A stretch of DNA of 55,103 bases, taken from NCBI RefSeq assembly GCF_018977255.1, contig NW_024705311.1, forward strand, positions 1 to 55,103. The letters run 5' to 3'. The first letter of the stretch is position 1, and every line of letters begins with the position of its first letter. Shown here in pieces: positions 15,001 through 30,000 of this stretch. The position numbers were made by a program, and so were the translations under genes. This DNA is from Callorhinchus milii (taxonomy: Eukaryota). Below the pieces are notes generated by a model, which was given only the letters and a program-made list of their open reading frames with translations, did not search any database and was not told where the DNA came from.

Positions 15001-18000
15001 TCCGCGTAATTGACTGGGGGAATGGTAGTTCACCGTCAAAGTACGACCCTAGCAGACCTAGTTGCACCTTTGATGAACGTGCAAGTACGATCCTGCTAAT
15101 GATTAGTTGTAATCCCGAAGGAGATCAACGGTAATGAGGCGCTTTTATGGATCGCTCCAATGCGTCACCCGCATAGGTGCTGCATACGTTCTGCGTACGC
15201 AGGAACGACGCCTTTTGGTGCAACCTCCTCGATGTGTTGAGTCAGCGGCTCTTCTACGGGAACCTTTCATCCAGGTCCGGTAGTACAACGTCGGCCACAT
15301 AAGGCGCTGGAAGCCCCTAGATACGGGGTCCGAGAGGTATATGTACTTATCCATCGTCAACCGTTTGGTCCTCTGTCCCCCTGAAAGTCCGCGCGTCGAT
15401 GATAACACAGTCCTCCAGAATCCCTCCTCGCGAGGCGGGTTTAGTCCGGTTTGGTTAGAGCGTGACAACATATGGGTACCAAGTTAGCGCGTAAGTCGAG
15501 AGGTTTTGGCCCAACTCACGCTCCGCCATGCAACGATGTAGGGCGAGGGAGTCGTGATCAGACGGCCCCCACATTTACGACGGATCCAAGGAACCACGTA
15601 CAACGCAATGTGACTTGATGGCGCGTAATTCCCGGTCACTGCTCTTCTGAGTTCGCTGGTTGTAAGAAGAGTTCCCTGGGACCTGGTTAACATGTCGGTT
15701 TCTTGATGGCTGGTAGCCGGAAGGATCGTCGAGAAGTCCAGGTAAGGGCGATGCTGCAGAATTCTACAGAGGACCCGAGTAACGCACTATTACCCCCGGG
15801 ATTGGGTCTGATGGCTAGACGACTTTGCAGACTATAGTTAGGGGCGACGCCCCACGTGAGGTCCTGTTCACAAGGCATTTTTAACAGTACTCCAGAGGGG
15901 TACTTCGGTAACTGTGGGGGCCAACACACCGATGCGTTCGGGCCCAAACGCACCGCTTCGACTCCAAGATAACACTGTAGAGTGATGGATGCTCTATCAT
16001 GAGTATGGATAACTGATCAGTGCGGACGTCTTTACCCGAGGTATTATTAGTCCCTGAAATGGTACAAGAACGCCTGATTCAGAGTAAGAGCAAAAAGTGA
16101 ACGTTCGTTGAGAGTTAAGTCTATACTCACAACTAATTCAGATCTGTGAGGGCCGCTTTCGAACGGGGAGTCTACTCCAGGCAGGCGTGGGGTGCTAGCA
16201 CAGTAATTTGTTCACTCAGCGTCGGGGGTATCAGGGACGTGAAGAATCACGCACCTAAGTTCTCAAATACTGATAATGTGGCCCATCACTATCTAGCCTA
16301 CAAATCTACGAGTGCGTTCAATGAGGGATAACCGAACCGCGCTTTCAATTGACGGACAGTCGTGTCCGTAAAAGCCGTATTATTAGAGTGCAACCGTCGT
16401 GCCGCCATAGATCCATGGAGGTAGTAGGAACTCTTGATATTGAGATGTACTAAGCCGCGAATTCACTATCAAACACTATACAGAAAAGTTGCAAGTTTGC
16501 GGAATCGTTACACTCTAATACTAGGATACACTCCAGCTCTATATCAGCACAACAATACGTCGCATCGGTATTGTGGTTGGATACTCCACTAACTTTGGTT
16601 AAATACGATTTAACGCCTCTCCTCGGCCCCCACGGGGCACCCTGTAGAGTACAAGTCGCGGGTGCGGGGGTAACAGTCTCGCGAACAACTGTGAGCCCTC
16701 TTCCGGTCCGGGTGCCATCGAGACTTGCAACGAGGCCCGGGATAGTTTACCCTACCATGGCTTCAGTAGGATGACAAAAGGATCTCTATATTGCAGAGTT
16801 GGGATGCACCTTAAGGTCCTCTGACAGAGGTCAAGAGCCGCGAAATACTTTATGAGCCGACCAAAATAACAGGAAGTATCAACGGAAACGTACGTTGCTC
16901 AGTGTGGCGCTGGGTTACCCGGTTCCTTCCGGTTAAAACAATCATCACGTCCTCATCGCTGAATGACTTTGGGCTAACGCGACGATCGAGCATACACGAT
17001 AAGCCTTGGGGTGACCGGGAGACCAATGGCGCATATGTGGATACTCGCTCAGTCTTCCTTCAGCCTCCGCTCGCTCTCCTGGCATCCGCAAACCTTGTGA
17101 TTGCCAGCCAGTTGAGGAAACCTATGCCAGAAAGTGCGGTGAGATGCTCGTCCTGCTTGGATTGAGATTCACTTGTTCGCAGCTGCAGGGCACTTGACAA
17201 TGTCTGGAGTTGTGCGCGTTGGACCTAATCGGCTTTGGAGTATCATGTGAGGTGTGTAGTAACCAAATACTGACTCCGGGATGACCTCGTCCGGTCTTCT
17301 TCGATAGATGAGGGGTGAAATAAATAAATCTTAGTCGTCGTGGCACAGCCGGTGATATGGCGTAGGCATTATTGCATTAGGCGTGGGATATCGGGCAAAC
17401 GGTTCCGCCATTTATTCTGTAAGCTATGTCAGTTTCAGTCTCACAAACAGCGATAGTGAAATCTTTCCGGACTTCCATCCGATACAAGTTAGAAAGAGGA
17501 TCGTATAATTGGTAGGTAAAACTGTTTCTGTAAGGGTCGCGTTACTTCCTACCACTTACGCGGGACATCTACGTTACTGTTGGATGTCATCTAGACAGGG
17601 TCTACGACCACAGTTAGTTAGGAATGAGGCATCCACAAACTATAGAAGTTATTCGCCGGGCCTGACTTCTCGGACCAAAGCTAGTGAATAAGTGAAGATT
17701 CTCTGTCCCGGGTAGGTCCGGAGCATGATTAGGTAGAACTATGGCCTTTGGATACATTAACACTGAATCCAGCCTCAGGGCAGGGGTCCCCGGGTCAACT
17801 GAATAAGACGAACACGAGACTTATGCTAAGTAATATACAACGCTACACCTCCCGCAACCGTCACCAAGCCCTGGTTAGCCGCCTACCTGTCAAGCCGTTT
17901 ATCGCCCGATTTTTGGGACTCTTTGACATCACCGTTCCTTTATTCAGATCAAGGGTTGTCAGTGCACCCCCCACAAGTAGAATATAAAACCATGGAGCGT

Positions 18001-21000
18001 ACGTTGAGGGAGTAGACCGCCCAAACCATAGATTTCTCGGCTGCCCGATGTGTCGTGCCCCAATCCGGGAGTCAATTGACGTTTGTGAGCTAGTAATATG
18101 CTGTTTCCTGAGTGGTCGCGGGCTCAGCTTCCTAGTCATAGGTCCATATGGGCGTGTCATCAACCCTAACCTTCTACCAACCGTCGATTTTCTACGCAAG
18201 CAGGTCGAAAGCGGCGCTCGTGAGAATGCAAAACCCGTCAGGGACTACCTCAGACTTGGAAATAAGAGACGCGTCAAGATGATACGGAAGAACGTTAAGT
18301 CTAGAATGATATACAAATTGCTCTCGCCCATGGCCGCGTGATACGGCTCGTTCTGCAATCTAGCGGCATAGGTGCCATTGGTTAATTAGCCCGGGATAGG
18401 CACTCCGTGTAGAGCTTCCAATGGGGTTTTGACCCTTTGCAACAGATTTGACACGGTCTGCGGAGATCCTCCGCGTAGTAATACTTGCAAGTATAGACTG
18501 GATAGAGACATTCTATGATCCGGAACTTTTTCGATTAGGATATCGATCCAATCGGTAAGGTGTCAGGGCACGGATGTCATGACAGGTTCTACCAGGTCGC
18601 ACCGCAAACGTTAAGGCCAAACGAACAGTCAGACACACACGCCGCCATCCTCGGGGATACTTTGCCGACGGAATCTTTCTCGCAGTTATATGGGCCTCGG
18701 GGGTCACTGAGATATCTCATCTCTGTTCAGTATGTTGCGGTGGACTTGTTCCGAATTCCGGGAACAGGAAATTCGGCTATCTCATCTTACCTAGACAAGG
18801 CTTTGTGTATCCCCATTCTGAAACGCTCCGTTGATTGAGGGACCTCCTTGGAGTCGACTTGCCACCAACAGACCTATCTGAGCTGCCACTCGGATACCCG
18901 GCATCATACTACTACTCTATCGTGAGTTATTGATGTCAATTAATCCGGCTGACGAGTCAGGACGGCGTTAGCTCCATGGGGGGTTCCAAGTAGCAACTCC
19001 CATTAACGGTAGCATTTTGTTCTTCAATCTTTGGTCGGGTGTGATTTATCTTGAAGAGCTGAATATGTCTACGCAAGAGTGCGTTTAATGTAGAATCGTA
19101 GGTAGTGCTGGGTAGTACAACTCGGCCTTTCAGCTCGAATAATACCTCGTCTCGCGGTTTGAGTTTTTGCTCACCAGATGCCTTCCACTGTCAATTCTAT
19201 ACGTTTGGCGCCCCGCTGCAATCAGATCTGCATGGCGTACAATAAAAGGAAGGCTTGCGCCACCATCCAACGTGCTATACTGTTCGGAGGGGACATTTTG
19301 CCATGGATACCTGGATCATGATCGCCACGCTCTCTACGGTTCTTGCTGACACGTAGGGCGAGTTTGTGAAGCGACGCGTGTAATGCCAATCAACATGTAG
19401 GACGACTTTACTTCCGCCCTGTACTAGGGTCGACACTCTAGACAACACCCACAGTACCTCGGAATCTTTACACGTGGGTCAATCGCTAAATATGTCAATT
19501 CCAAACAATCCACCTGTCTGAGTACACAGGTCTTCGGCCCGCCATAAGGCCAGGCAACGGGAAAAACGACCGGTCGGGAACTGCTATCGGGACAGGCTTA
19601 GTCTTCCAGACGCCTGATTGATTGAAAGTCTAAGGAGAGCACGAAAACATGCCGCAACCCTATGGTTTTCTCTGTGGTACCAGCGCAACATCCTGTCGGC
19701 CCCCCCATTTTAATTATCGGCGCCCCCTTTGAGTGTTGAGCCATTCGGTGTTAGTCCCCGCCCATCTTACCCAGCAGGCTGGGTAATCGATCCTGCCGTG
19801 TCCCCCAAGTAAAAAGAGGCGAAAGGACACGAGCACTCATAAGTAGGAGTTCCACAGGGGAAAGGCGATTTAGGTCTGGGAAAGGGAATAATTCAACTGA
19901 AACAATTCGAACAACTATGTTATCACCCAAGCTGAAATCCCCTTCAAAAGGCTTAGGTACAAATTGTGGCGAATATTTAGACCGTTTCGGATGACGACCG
20001 AGTGGAAACGTAAAGGACTTAATACGTAATTTTTTATTTTGTAAAGTGCTATTCGACCGGGGGTCATAGCCATATCGTATGAACTCATCGCGGCGTCCTT
20101 CAGCAGGGACCCCCGGAATGCAGTATACACCTGTCTCACCTCAGCCTCACGCACACCCTTATTGGGAGGATGTACGTAATATACTTTACCTGATGGTAAT
20201 TAGTATCCGGACAGGTACCACCATAATAATACCACCGTTAGCCGCCCTGAGCCTTCTATTTAGCAAACGTCCGCCAAGTATAAGTCAGCATTTTTCTCTG
20301 TATCTCGATCTACCCCAAACAACGGTACTACCGGAGTCTTTACCTTCTAATGCACTCAGGAATATATGACTCACGTACACTCCATCACTTACGAACCTGC
20401 CCTAACATTACTGCCGACCGTTGATTAAACTAAGCCCCAAATAAAGGGCTCCGGCAATGGTCTAGACGCGGTATGCGGCGTCCACAATTAAAACCGTCAC
20501 CCCTATACGTACGTGTAGGCGTACCCCGCACAGGCCGAGGATGTCAGATCTCGGGATATCTACCGAGGCGGTATCCCCGTCGAATCGTAATCACACGTGT
20601 ATCTCCGCAGGGGCTCAGTCCAATTGGTGACAAGAGATGCACGTAAACCCGTTGGTGACTTTTCAACGGCGGCTAAAGATACGAAAGCATAGTTTCTAAG
20701 GCTAATCATGTGTGCATTTTTGGCGGCTCGTTACCAGGTTTATGTCTACTAAGGACTCTATGATGGCAGCATTTTAGCCTGGGCGTATCGGCAGTCTCAT
20801 TCAGTACTGACCTACTACGTCTCGGAGACGAGAACCTACTTCTAGATGCCGGTCGGACGGATCTGGGCCCATCTAGAACATATTTGCGTTTCCCGCAGGA
20901 TGCCTATAGGGCAGGCCGTAGCAAATGAATCCCGGGTTTCCCGGCTGTTACCGAGAGAAATACGGTGAGCATATATACCCCCGCAAGCATCCCTTGCCGC

Positions 21001-24000
21001 TTCAATACCTATCACCCTCCAATAAGTTCCGCTGTGTGCTACTTCAAGGGTGGCGAGCGTGAGTCTATTATCCGAAAGTGAATGTTCTATCTGAATTTAG
21101 AGATTTGCTGCATATATTTAACAATCTAGCTCCCCCCCGTTCTCACAACGTGGTAAATACCCTTAACTACAAATTTCTAGAACTAACCCGTCCAAATATG
21201 GATCCACGAATTCCACAATGTCGAAAGTTGTTCTCGTATCTTCACACCTAGACACGAGGTGGTGCGGCTCAAGCATCATAGGACCACTCGAAAGGTTACA
21301 TAGAGATGAGTGCGCGCGCCGATCTTCGGTCAGGCTACAGTGCTCTGGTCTGACGTATAACACTGAAGCTGGCGATTACGGTAGTGGTGTCACCGATACC
21401 GGGCTCATTAAAGGAAAGGATCCTGCACACCGAGTGCCGGTAAACGAACCGACAGTACCCTATAGAACGTCGCCGGTTAGAGATGGGATTAAACTAGATG
21501 TGAAGGGTACATGGAGGCGGCAGGGTCATTAACAGGGTCTGGCGAACACTTCTACACGTACCAAGGCGCTCGCCCACAGTTGGTTAAAGGCCGCTGTCTG
21601 CATAGGTTACAACAAGCGATCATACGTTCGCATTGTCAATTATTATCAGAAGGAATGCATTCCATCAAATTCGTGAGAATACAAGCAAGGGCACAACTGA
21701 CAGCTATAATAGCAAAGACGAAACCGTGGCACAGGAGGAAAGTGCCCCTCTTACCGTTGTCGAGTGGTCCTCGACTAAAAGGGAAGTTGGCAGGATGAAG
21801 AGGATATCCACGTGGTCCCTCCTGTGTAATTTATGGATTTACGAGCAACAGTGCATCGATACCGAATCGATTCTTAAGACTAGAACGGCGGGAGATTTAT
21901 GGTTCAGAAGATAGAAGAGTCGATTCGATGTAATACATATTGTACTCAGGTATCATCGTCTAAATGGGATCCTCATGTATTCACTGAAAGGTCTTACACC
22001 TACGCCAAAGTAAGGAGTTATGTGCAACAAATCGTGCATGGAGTATAGCCAGCCTGAAGTACTCGTCCTGGTTGTGTACTACTTCTTTACTAAGGGTCTC
22101 AGCAAGAGAAAGCCAGACGGGCGGGGGCGAGTCGTCGTCGCGCGTCTCATTCTCTCACTGAATCAGCACAAGTCATAGGTAAATGTCATCGAAGTCCTCG
22201 AATTCAGGGTCCCAGCCTCAAACGTAAGAAAGTTCTTAGTAACAAGCAGCAGTCTATTACAAAAAACAGATCACCTTTACTTCTCTGACCATTGCACATA
22301 AAAATTGCTCATAGTCGGATATCTAGGGCGTGAGCAGACGGAAGGGGGTGACACTGAGCTTTTTACCATCGGGCCGGCATCCCATATGTAGCGCGTTGGA
22401 GATTGTGTGAAGCCCTAGCGTCGTATTAGTTTTGACCGGTTTGAAACGTTAGCGAGGCTATTGTCGCTAGGCGCAGTTGGGGTGGATTGGTTAATCAACT
22501 ATGGAAATCCACCCGGCAGATAACATTATTGCTGGAAAATCAACGTTGGACCGTGCGAACTAAGCGTTCCACCGGCGGGCAAATCTTCAATACCTGAGGG
22601 AAGCTTGGTCGCGGGCAGAAATGCAATATCGCGAGCTTATTAGGGTGCAAAATTAGAGCGCCCGCGCGAAGGCTCTACGTACGGCTCTCTCTAACACATA
22701 GGAGATAGCCAGGATACGCCGAAATCACCGTGGAGCGACCCAAGGGGGCGAGATCCTAACGTTACTGACTTCCAACATTCATAACCAGTTTTGACACACA
22801 AGCCTTAAGGTCATGGTTACTGTGTAATCTAAAAACCAAAACTGCGGGCTCGCACATGTGCAGCTACCGGCAGCTCATCCACGTCCATAAATAACGTGGA
22901 CGATCTGCTCCTAATCCTGCCTCGGGCCGAAAAGAAAAATACCTATGTAAATCTGTGCTATCTTCACGTAGACGTCCCGCAGAAACAACATAGGTTTCCT
23001 CTTCACGATAATTCACTGAGCTTTGTTAGGATACTCCGAGTGTCGTAAAACGGTCGCCTATTTCGCTAGTATAGGTGTGGTCACTGGAAACATTTAGAAG
23101 AAAACGTTCTTAGCGGATCATGTTGTCCTACCCTAGGGGTGTCATACTATCAGCATTCAGTGGCCTATTTCAGGGGGGAGGGCTATGTACCCATCCGACT
23201 TCAGTTTTCAAGGTCTACGTGAATTCCTCTACCTAACCAGCGGATGGGGCGATTTTCAGTACAGTTACCGTGACATAGCCTAAGGTTCGGCCCACAACTT
23301 CCATCCACAAGGCAGGGTCACCCCGGGATCATCAACTCATAATGGAGGCGTCCATAGTCCCACTTAACAATGGACTACTGAGCCAGATGCGATCATGATA
23401 GCTACTCATCGTCACCATATGAGGTAGGCATTAGGCGCTTATAGGTCGCATTAGACGTCAGGATAGCTCAGGCTTGCTATGGTGTATCCTCCTTGGAGCA
23501 GTAGTTGCTCGGATGTATTAGATTCCGAGATGGGCAGTTATCAACGACAGTGCAAAAGACGTGCTCTTCATGAACCGACTACCGGGCTATTATGAGAATG
23601 TTGCGTTGGGCCTGTAAAACCACGTGATGTTCTATTTATTTAAAATCAGAGGCTGGAGAATATTAACCGGTATTAACCTGAACGCAGTCACTTCCTGTCG
23701 GGGGCATTTGGGCGACGCATTTTACTTCCAAGTGAAGCGTCTAACTCATGGCGGGTAATATTTATAAGACTTATGGCAGACGCTGTCGCCGTCTGAGCAC
23801 AGTGGATGCCATGAAAGACGAGGGGCGCAGGCAAGGGGACACGAAGCGCTAGCCATCTAGAAACGCCGGTTGAAGCTATCGCGCAAGCGGGTGCGGGTGT
23901 CGGAATCCTCCACAATACCTTTAGGGACGATATTTGCGGGGTACATAGTCGAGTTCTCCGGGCCCATATTATGTAGAATCCTGAAGTGGCTTATAAGGGT

Positions 24001-27000
24001 AAATACGAAGTCAGCCTAGTTCATCAGACTGGATTTGAAGCTAATATTCGTCAGTAAATCATGGGATTGCTAACCGAAGTTATCGAAGCGTATTATGAGA
24101 GCGGTTATTGTAAGCGAGAGACTTTCGAACGTGTACCGACCCGAGCGAACTGATTTGTCCAACGGTCGCCGTAAGGTCCCCGCGTTTATTCACCATGGGC
24201 CGGCGCCCTGTATGTGTGACAAATTATACCCGGAACTCCTGCTGCGCTGTCAGGCTACGTCTCCGCATCAATTTATATCCCCACTAACGCACTTTCGTTC
24301 AGGTGGCGACTGATGTAGCAAGCTGTCATGAATTATCGCTCACAGGACTATGGAGGGATACAGCTAGTCATCTTCTGCCGATCGCTCCAGTATACTGGAC
24401 AAGCACCTGATCTACGCTCAGATGTGATCATATCGACGGCCCTTCTCTGGAAAGATAATCTCACTCGTCGCAAGTTCTTTCGGTCATCAACATGCGTTTC
24501 TCTCGCACCTGAGTCAGGCGGCGACGCGGATATTGCCCTTAATGTGGCTCCGTATGGTTCCGCTTACGAGCTCTGTTACGATGAACATGCACTAAGGACT
24601 TGTCGATACAAGAATACCCAAGTGCACCAATATTATATCTATTAAACATTGCTATCGCTGGTTCGATAGATTTTCATAGACCGGCGAACTGACCTAACTG
24701 CTGCCAGGAGGGACCAGGCAGACATGCGCCCCGTTCCCACTATAAAACGGATGTTATATCCTAGCTGGATGCCATTCTACGCTGCAAATACTGTGCCCTG
24801 GGGATATGACCCCTCGGACGAGGGGACACACCTGACTCGAAGGTATATTAGTGATTTTTTACTGTCTTTTATACCGTTATTGATCCACCTGCCAATAAAT
24901 TGGATCCCACTCAGGACTTCGTGAGCCCGACGGCTGGGATGTTGAGGAGGTCACGAATCTGCCAATCGACCTAATTAGCAGCCGTGATATGCACCCACTG
25001 TGTTCATTGAAACTCTTTCGAAGTTGTACTTGCGAGATGCTAAATTACATAGCCGTAGTTACCTCCCACCAATGATAGAAGCCTGCGCTTGTTGTAATTT
25101 CGCCATCCCACGATCCATCGCGCCCATATTATCTGGTTAAAGCCGACAGTGGAGTCGAAAGGCGCTGTCGGCGTATGGGCACACAGCACAACGATCGTCT
25201 TGCCCTGGCCGCGCGTAAAAAGTCCTTATCGAAATTATTAAACCGGTTCATTTGCTTACGTGAAATCTGAAGCCCAGGGGGTTCGCTAACGAACTATAGA
25301 CCTCCTACAATCATTGCATTGCACATTCAGAAAGTGTTCTTTTTGCAGTGCTTACTTTGTGTTTCGCAGAACGCAGAAGGTTTGGTTCATTTGTGTGTTA
25401 GTACTTCGTGGTCCGGACGTTAGTCCTGTATATTACGCCATTAGTTTCACACTGTCCGTAATTCCTGACAGGCCGACCACAGGATTCGTCTGCCTGGTAA
25501 CTACCCCTAATAACTGCCATCCAAACGCCTTTTAGATTGAGCCACGTTGTTTGCTAACCTTTCGCCTTACTGCGTTGTAAACAACCTAATTGAATCGATC
25601 AGCTTATAGTTCCGACCCTGTCGAACATACGGTTGCCAGGCAGAGTCATGGGTGATGCTATAGACAGAACCACTTTACCCGTAACTACACTCGTTTTGTG
25701 ACTACATACTAACTCCTTACCATCAACTATACATTTCGAGCGATCTCATAATAGCCTAACTCGAAACATGCTCGAGAGTCCATGAGCGTGAGTTCTTATA
25801 AGGTGGTTTGGGGCTTGCGCCTTGCTACTACGAGACGGCCGGTTAAAGTGATCTCATGCGGTCTGTCTTAAGGCAACTCCGAAGATGTTGCTCGAATCCA
25901 TATTCAATTTAAGAACGCGTTGCGAGGTTACAACTTCTAGTGACAGGTCTGTCCTAGAGTCACGAACAAAAAAAAAGTGCATAAGCAGATTGCGGATACC
26001 TACTCAGCTGATGCTACCTCACTCCACTGGTAAATCTAGTAAGGCGCTATACGTCTTCTCGATCTATTTGGAGGGACGCCCCGACATGGCGGCACAGGGT
26101 TTGGTATTCCCTCATGCATCGAGTTTTACCAGGGATTTCTCTCGGCGGTTCATTCTCTGACAAGTCACGATTTGGGCCAACTCTCGCCCCGTTGAGCTGT
26201 TAGTGTCTACGCTGCCTCAAGCCTATGGCATGCATGTGCACCTACGCAATTGCCATTTCGTCGTCCAAAACTAATAGTCGTTATGTAGTCTAGGATGTTG
26301 AAAGAACTTATGAGCCGCTTTTTAATGGTATTGAATCGCATCTTATTTGGAGTTTTAATTTAGCCTGAATTGGCAAAAGGGTTACTTGATGTCAAGACGG
26401 CCATAAATTCCGACAATGCCGATCAGCCTCAATTCAGTTGCAGGCGACCGGTTTGTTTAGCGTGAACTGATGTATACCGACGCTGTAGATAAGTCGGGTT
26501 GACTAGGCACGATTAGCCCTTTATTAGTCTGACGTGATGCTTACAGGACCGACATCGCGGCTGATTACCCCGGGGCGTAGTCACCTGCCGGTTCTACGGA
26601 ACCAGGTTTTGCTGTTAAATGACGCCGTGTGTAGTCGTGAGGGGGAGACTCCAACCGTTTACCAAACGCTATCATAACATTCCCGCAGGAAGAAGCACAT
26701 GTAACGAGGAATTCCATCCTTTATATACGCAGGGAAAAGATCTAGCTAACCCCGCTGTACCAACGCTCGTCGTGATTGTGCCATTTGAACAAGACTAACA
26801 AATGCTGCGATCGCCCTCCATAGTACCGCTCAAGTCGCGGATAAGCTCCTAGATCTTTATCCACAAACTATCGCATCCTACGTAATCATCTCACGAGGGG
26901 ATTGAGGTTAGGAGATGCGGAAGTCGTCCACTCTACTAGCATACTTTGGACGATTCAATAGGCGGTTAAAAGCTGCGCTAACAGCGGTGCCGACATCTTG

Positions 27001-30000
27001 CGGTTAAAGGAGCGTCAAGTTTTGCGCCTCCGGCGGAGCCTCTAGCCGGAGAATAACAGGGGAGGCCCTTGTCGGCCGGTTCAGTCTACGTTTTTCTGAA
27101 AACCTTAGGGAATTTGGTATAATCGGTCCCCATCAAAAAGTTCTCAACCGAATACGCAGTCTAATGACGTGGCGTCCGAGTGCAAGATAGCTTTACCAGC
27201 CCGGGTTACGTCAGCCACAGGTTCGACCTTTTTCGGTCCATCGGACAACCATTACTATCTTCGCCGCACTCGTCTAGGGCGACAAATAGCAGGTCACGTC
27301 GGATTTTTCGCCATTATGAAACTCCCACGCCAAGTGTTTCCCCCACATAACAGGGGACAGCGCGATGTAGCTTAGGCCCTTCGCAACAACGGCCGTCGGA
27401 AGTTTCGGCCATACTCCACACATAATGGTATGGCTAGAACGGACAGCACGTTCCGGGACGCCTGCTTACCAAGGTGCAAGGAGACCTCAAGGTGCTAACT
27501 AATGGTTGTTTTCGTTCGACCCTAATGTGTCCTCTTTCAGTCTGTGTTCTGCAGCTAACGCATATCGCCGACGCACCTCTTGTTCGAAGCTGCGACATCG
27601 AGGCTTACTGAAATAAACGTTCGAATCGTAATACGTACAGTGATCGTTGTAAGAGCAGATGTTCACGAAGCTCAAATGCCTCTGCGAAATGTCTAAATCG
27701 CTCGTGTTGTGCTCTGAGTTTCCTAACGTTACTATCGCATATTCTTGTCTTTTGTGGATATTTGTGAAGCGATAGTAGAAAGGGGGGTAGGGTAGTACGG
27801 GATGATCTTGGCCGAGTACTCATTGCACACAAATCTCAATGTGCCGAGAGGGCAACGCAGCGCCCACCAAAACCATTGGCTTACACCACTAAGTACGTCG
27901 GTTCATCGTCCTCTCTCAGTGTGCGAATCGTGAGCAGGCGGCGGGGTGCATTCGGACAGGTGGTTATGAATAGGACAAATATATCAGCGGACCACGCATT
28001 TCAGCTAGATAAGTGTATACGTAACAGCCGAGGGAGGATATACGTGCGGGGAAAAGCCGAACCCTTCAGGAGGCATGGAAGCGTTTCAGGTGGAATTGTG
28101 TCCGTTATCTCCCCGAGTTCGGCCACTTTTTTGGAACTAGAGGTTAGGAATACTAAAATGCTGCTTCCATAGTCGACTCAGAGGCCCCACTGATGTCGGA
28201 TATAAGACGATCGGTCGCCCCCGACCCAATTGCTAACTCTACAGCCAGTACTCCGAGATAGATAGGAATGATCCACTTCGAGTTTAGAACCCTCATGGCT
28301 CTACAGGCAAAAATCACTCGAGCTAGTGCATGCCGGCATTGTACCCAAGTGATCAAGTATTAACCCCTAAGTAGTAAACCAAACAGACATTAGATAACAA
28401 TTAGACCTGTATCGACCGAGATATGGTGGGATCTACACTAACCTCCCACCCTACCTCGGAATTCGCTTGACAACGTCACGGAGATTGATTGTTGAGATGT
28501 ACTAATTAGCTGTTTTCACTATTTATTTGCTCGATTAATATAAAGATCTTCTTCCTGGCCAGAGAATTAGCAAGAGTGGGCAGTCGAGGCGTAGTACCCA
28601 AGCGACAACAAAAGTAATTGAGTCTGCTGTTTTCAATGAAGCACAATTTGGTTGGAACCGGATGCATCAACACGCAATTCCGTGTCTGGCATGAAGTGTA
28701 GCCGTTCTGATCGTTTATCTATAAAGACGTCCCACTTGCTAAACTGCGGCGACTAACTCGGGTGAGTCCTCACTGGGATGACCTCCCCGCCGCTACATTT
28801 ACACTGTAATTTATTGAGAATTAATGGCTAGTACGTTTCCGCCTATATAATTCGCGGAGCGGCTATAGTCAACATGATAGGGGGGGGTTGTGCACATCGT
28901 GGAGCGTACTTCTTAAACATAGCGCAGACCTATAGTCTAAATATCGGGCATGATTCACGCGAATATTGGCCAAGTCACGCTTTCATAAGCTCTTGCGGCG
29001 CTCAATGGCTACAACGGTATTTAGCGGGTCTATTGCTGGAATCCCAATCTAGGGTAAGCCCACCAGGTCTTGGAGATTGGCGGCGTAAGGAATGGATCCC
29101 TTACCGCATTATGCTGCGTGATTGATAACAACTTTCGCTAAAAGTATGCGTTGAGATCCCATAAAGTGCACGCTGCAAGTTATGCGAAACATGGTAAGCT
29201 ACCCCGAGATATCATTGTTATCAGTTCGAAACCTGGGATCTTGTGTCTGATAATCGACCAGTCAGATAATTTCGGATGAAACCAGCATCTGACGGGGTAG
29301 ACAGTCAGAATTTACTGCAGAGTAACTGGGGTCGGATTTAGCGTGACCTGCTTAACTCTTGCGCCATTTCCCTACGTTCGGTGCAATACGGTGGCTACCC
29401 AAGACCCGTTACCTTGGGTGCCGACAATAACTAGCGAAGTGGTCTGTAACTAGCTTACTATTAATTATTCTCTCCAGTACCGGTGGTGACTCGGCAATAT
29501 TTTGAGATCGCCCGTCCGCGGTAAATAGCTGCATAAACATAGTGACTCTTTATAACTTTGATCAGAAAATACTCAAAGTGAAGCAGAGACAAAAACTAGG
29601 TAACATGGATCGAAAGCGACGCTAGAGCACGTCAACCGTAGTTAACATGTTATTAATTCCTAATATTGGCGGGCTCACCCCGTGCATGGTCTAGGTGTGA
29701 GTCTATCTGCTATCCTTCTAGTTCACTTCGCGCTAGGTGCCAGGTGAACCTTAATGGGAAACTTAACCGGTTTGAACGGGGCCACCGAAATGGTTGACGG
29801 CTGTCATATAGCAGATGCCGGCATATGGTCCGACTAGAAGCGCCCTATTGTAGAGGACTTTCTGCCCAGCCGATTTCAATCGATGAGTATCCTACATCAC
29901 TTTGCTTTATCAAGGCTTCGATTGTGGCATATGCCAGAAAGCGCTAACGTTGTCCATACCCTGCTACTACGGAGCCGAGTTCATACGTCAGCGGCCGCGA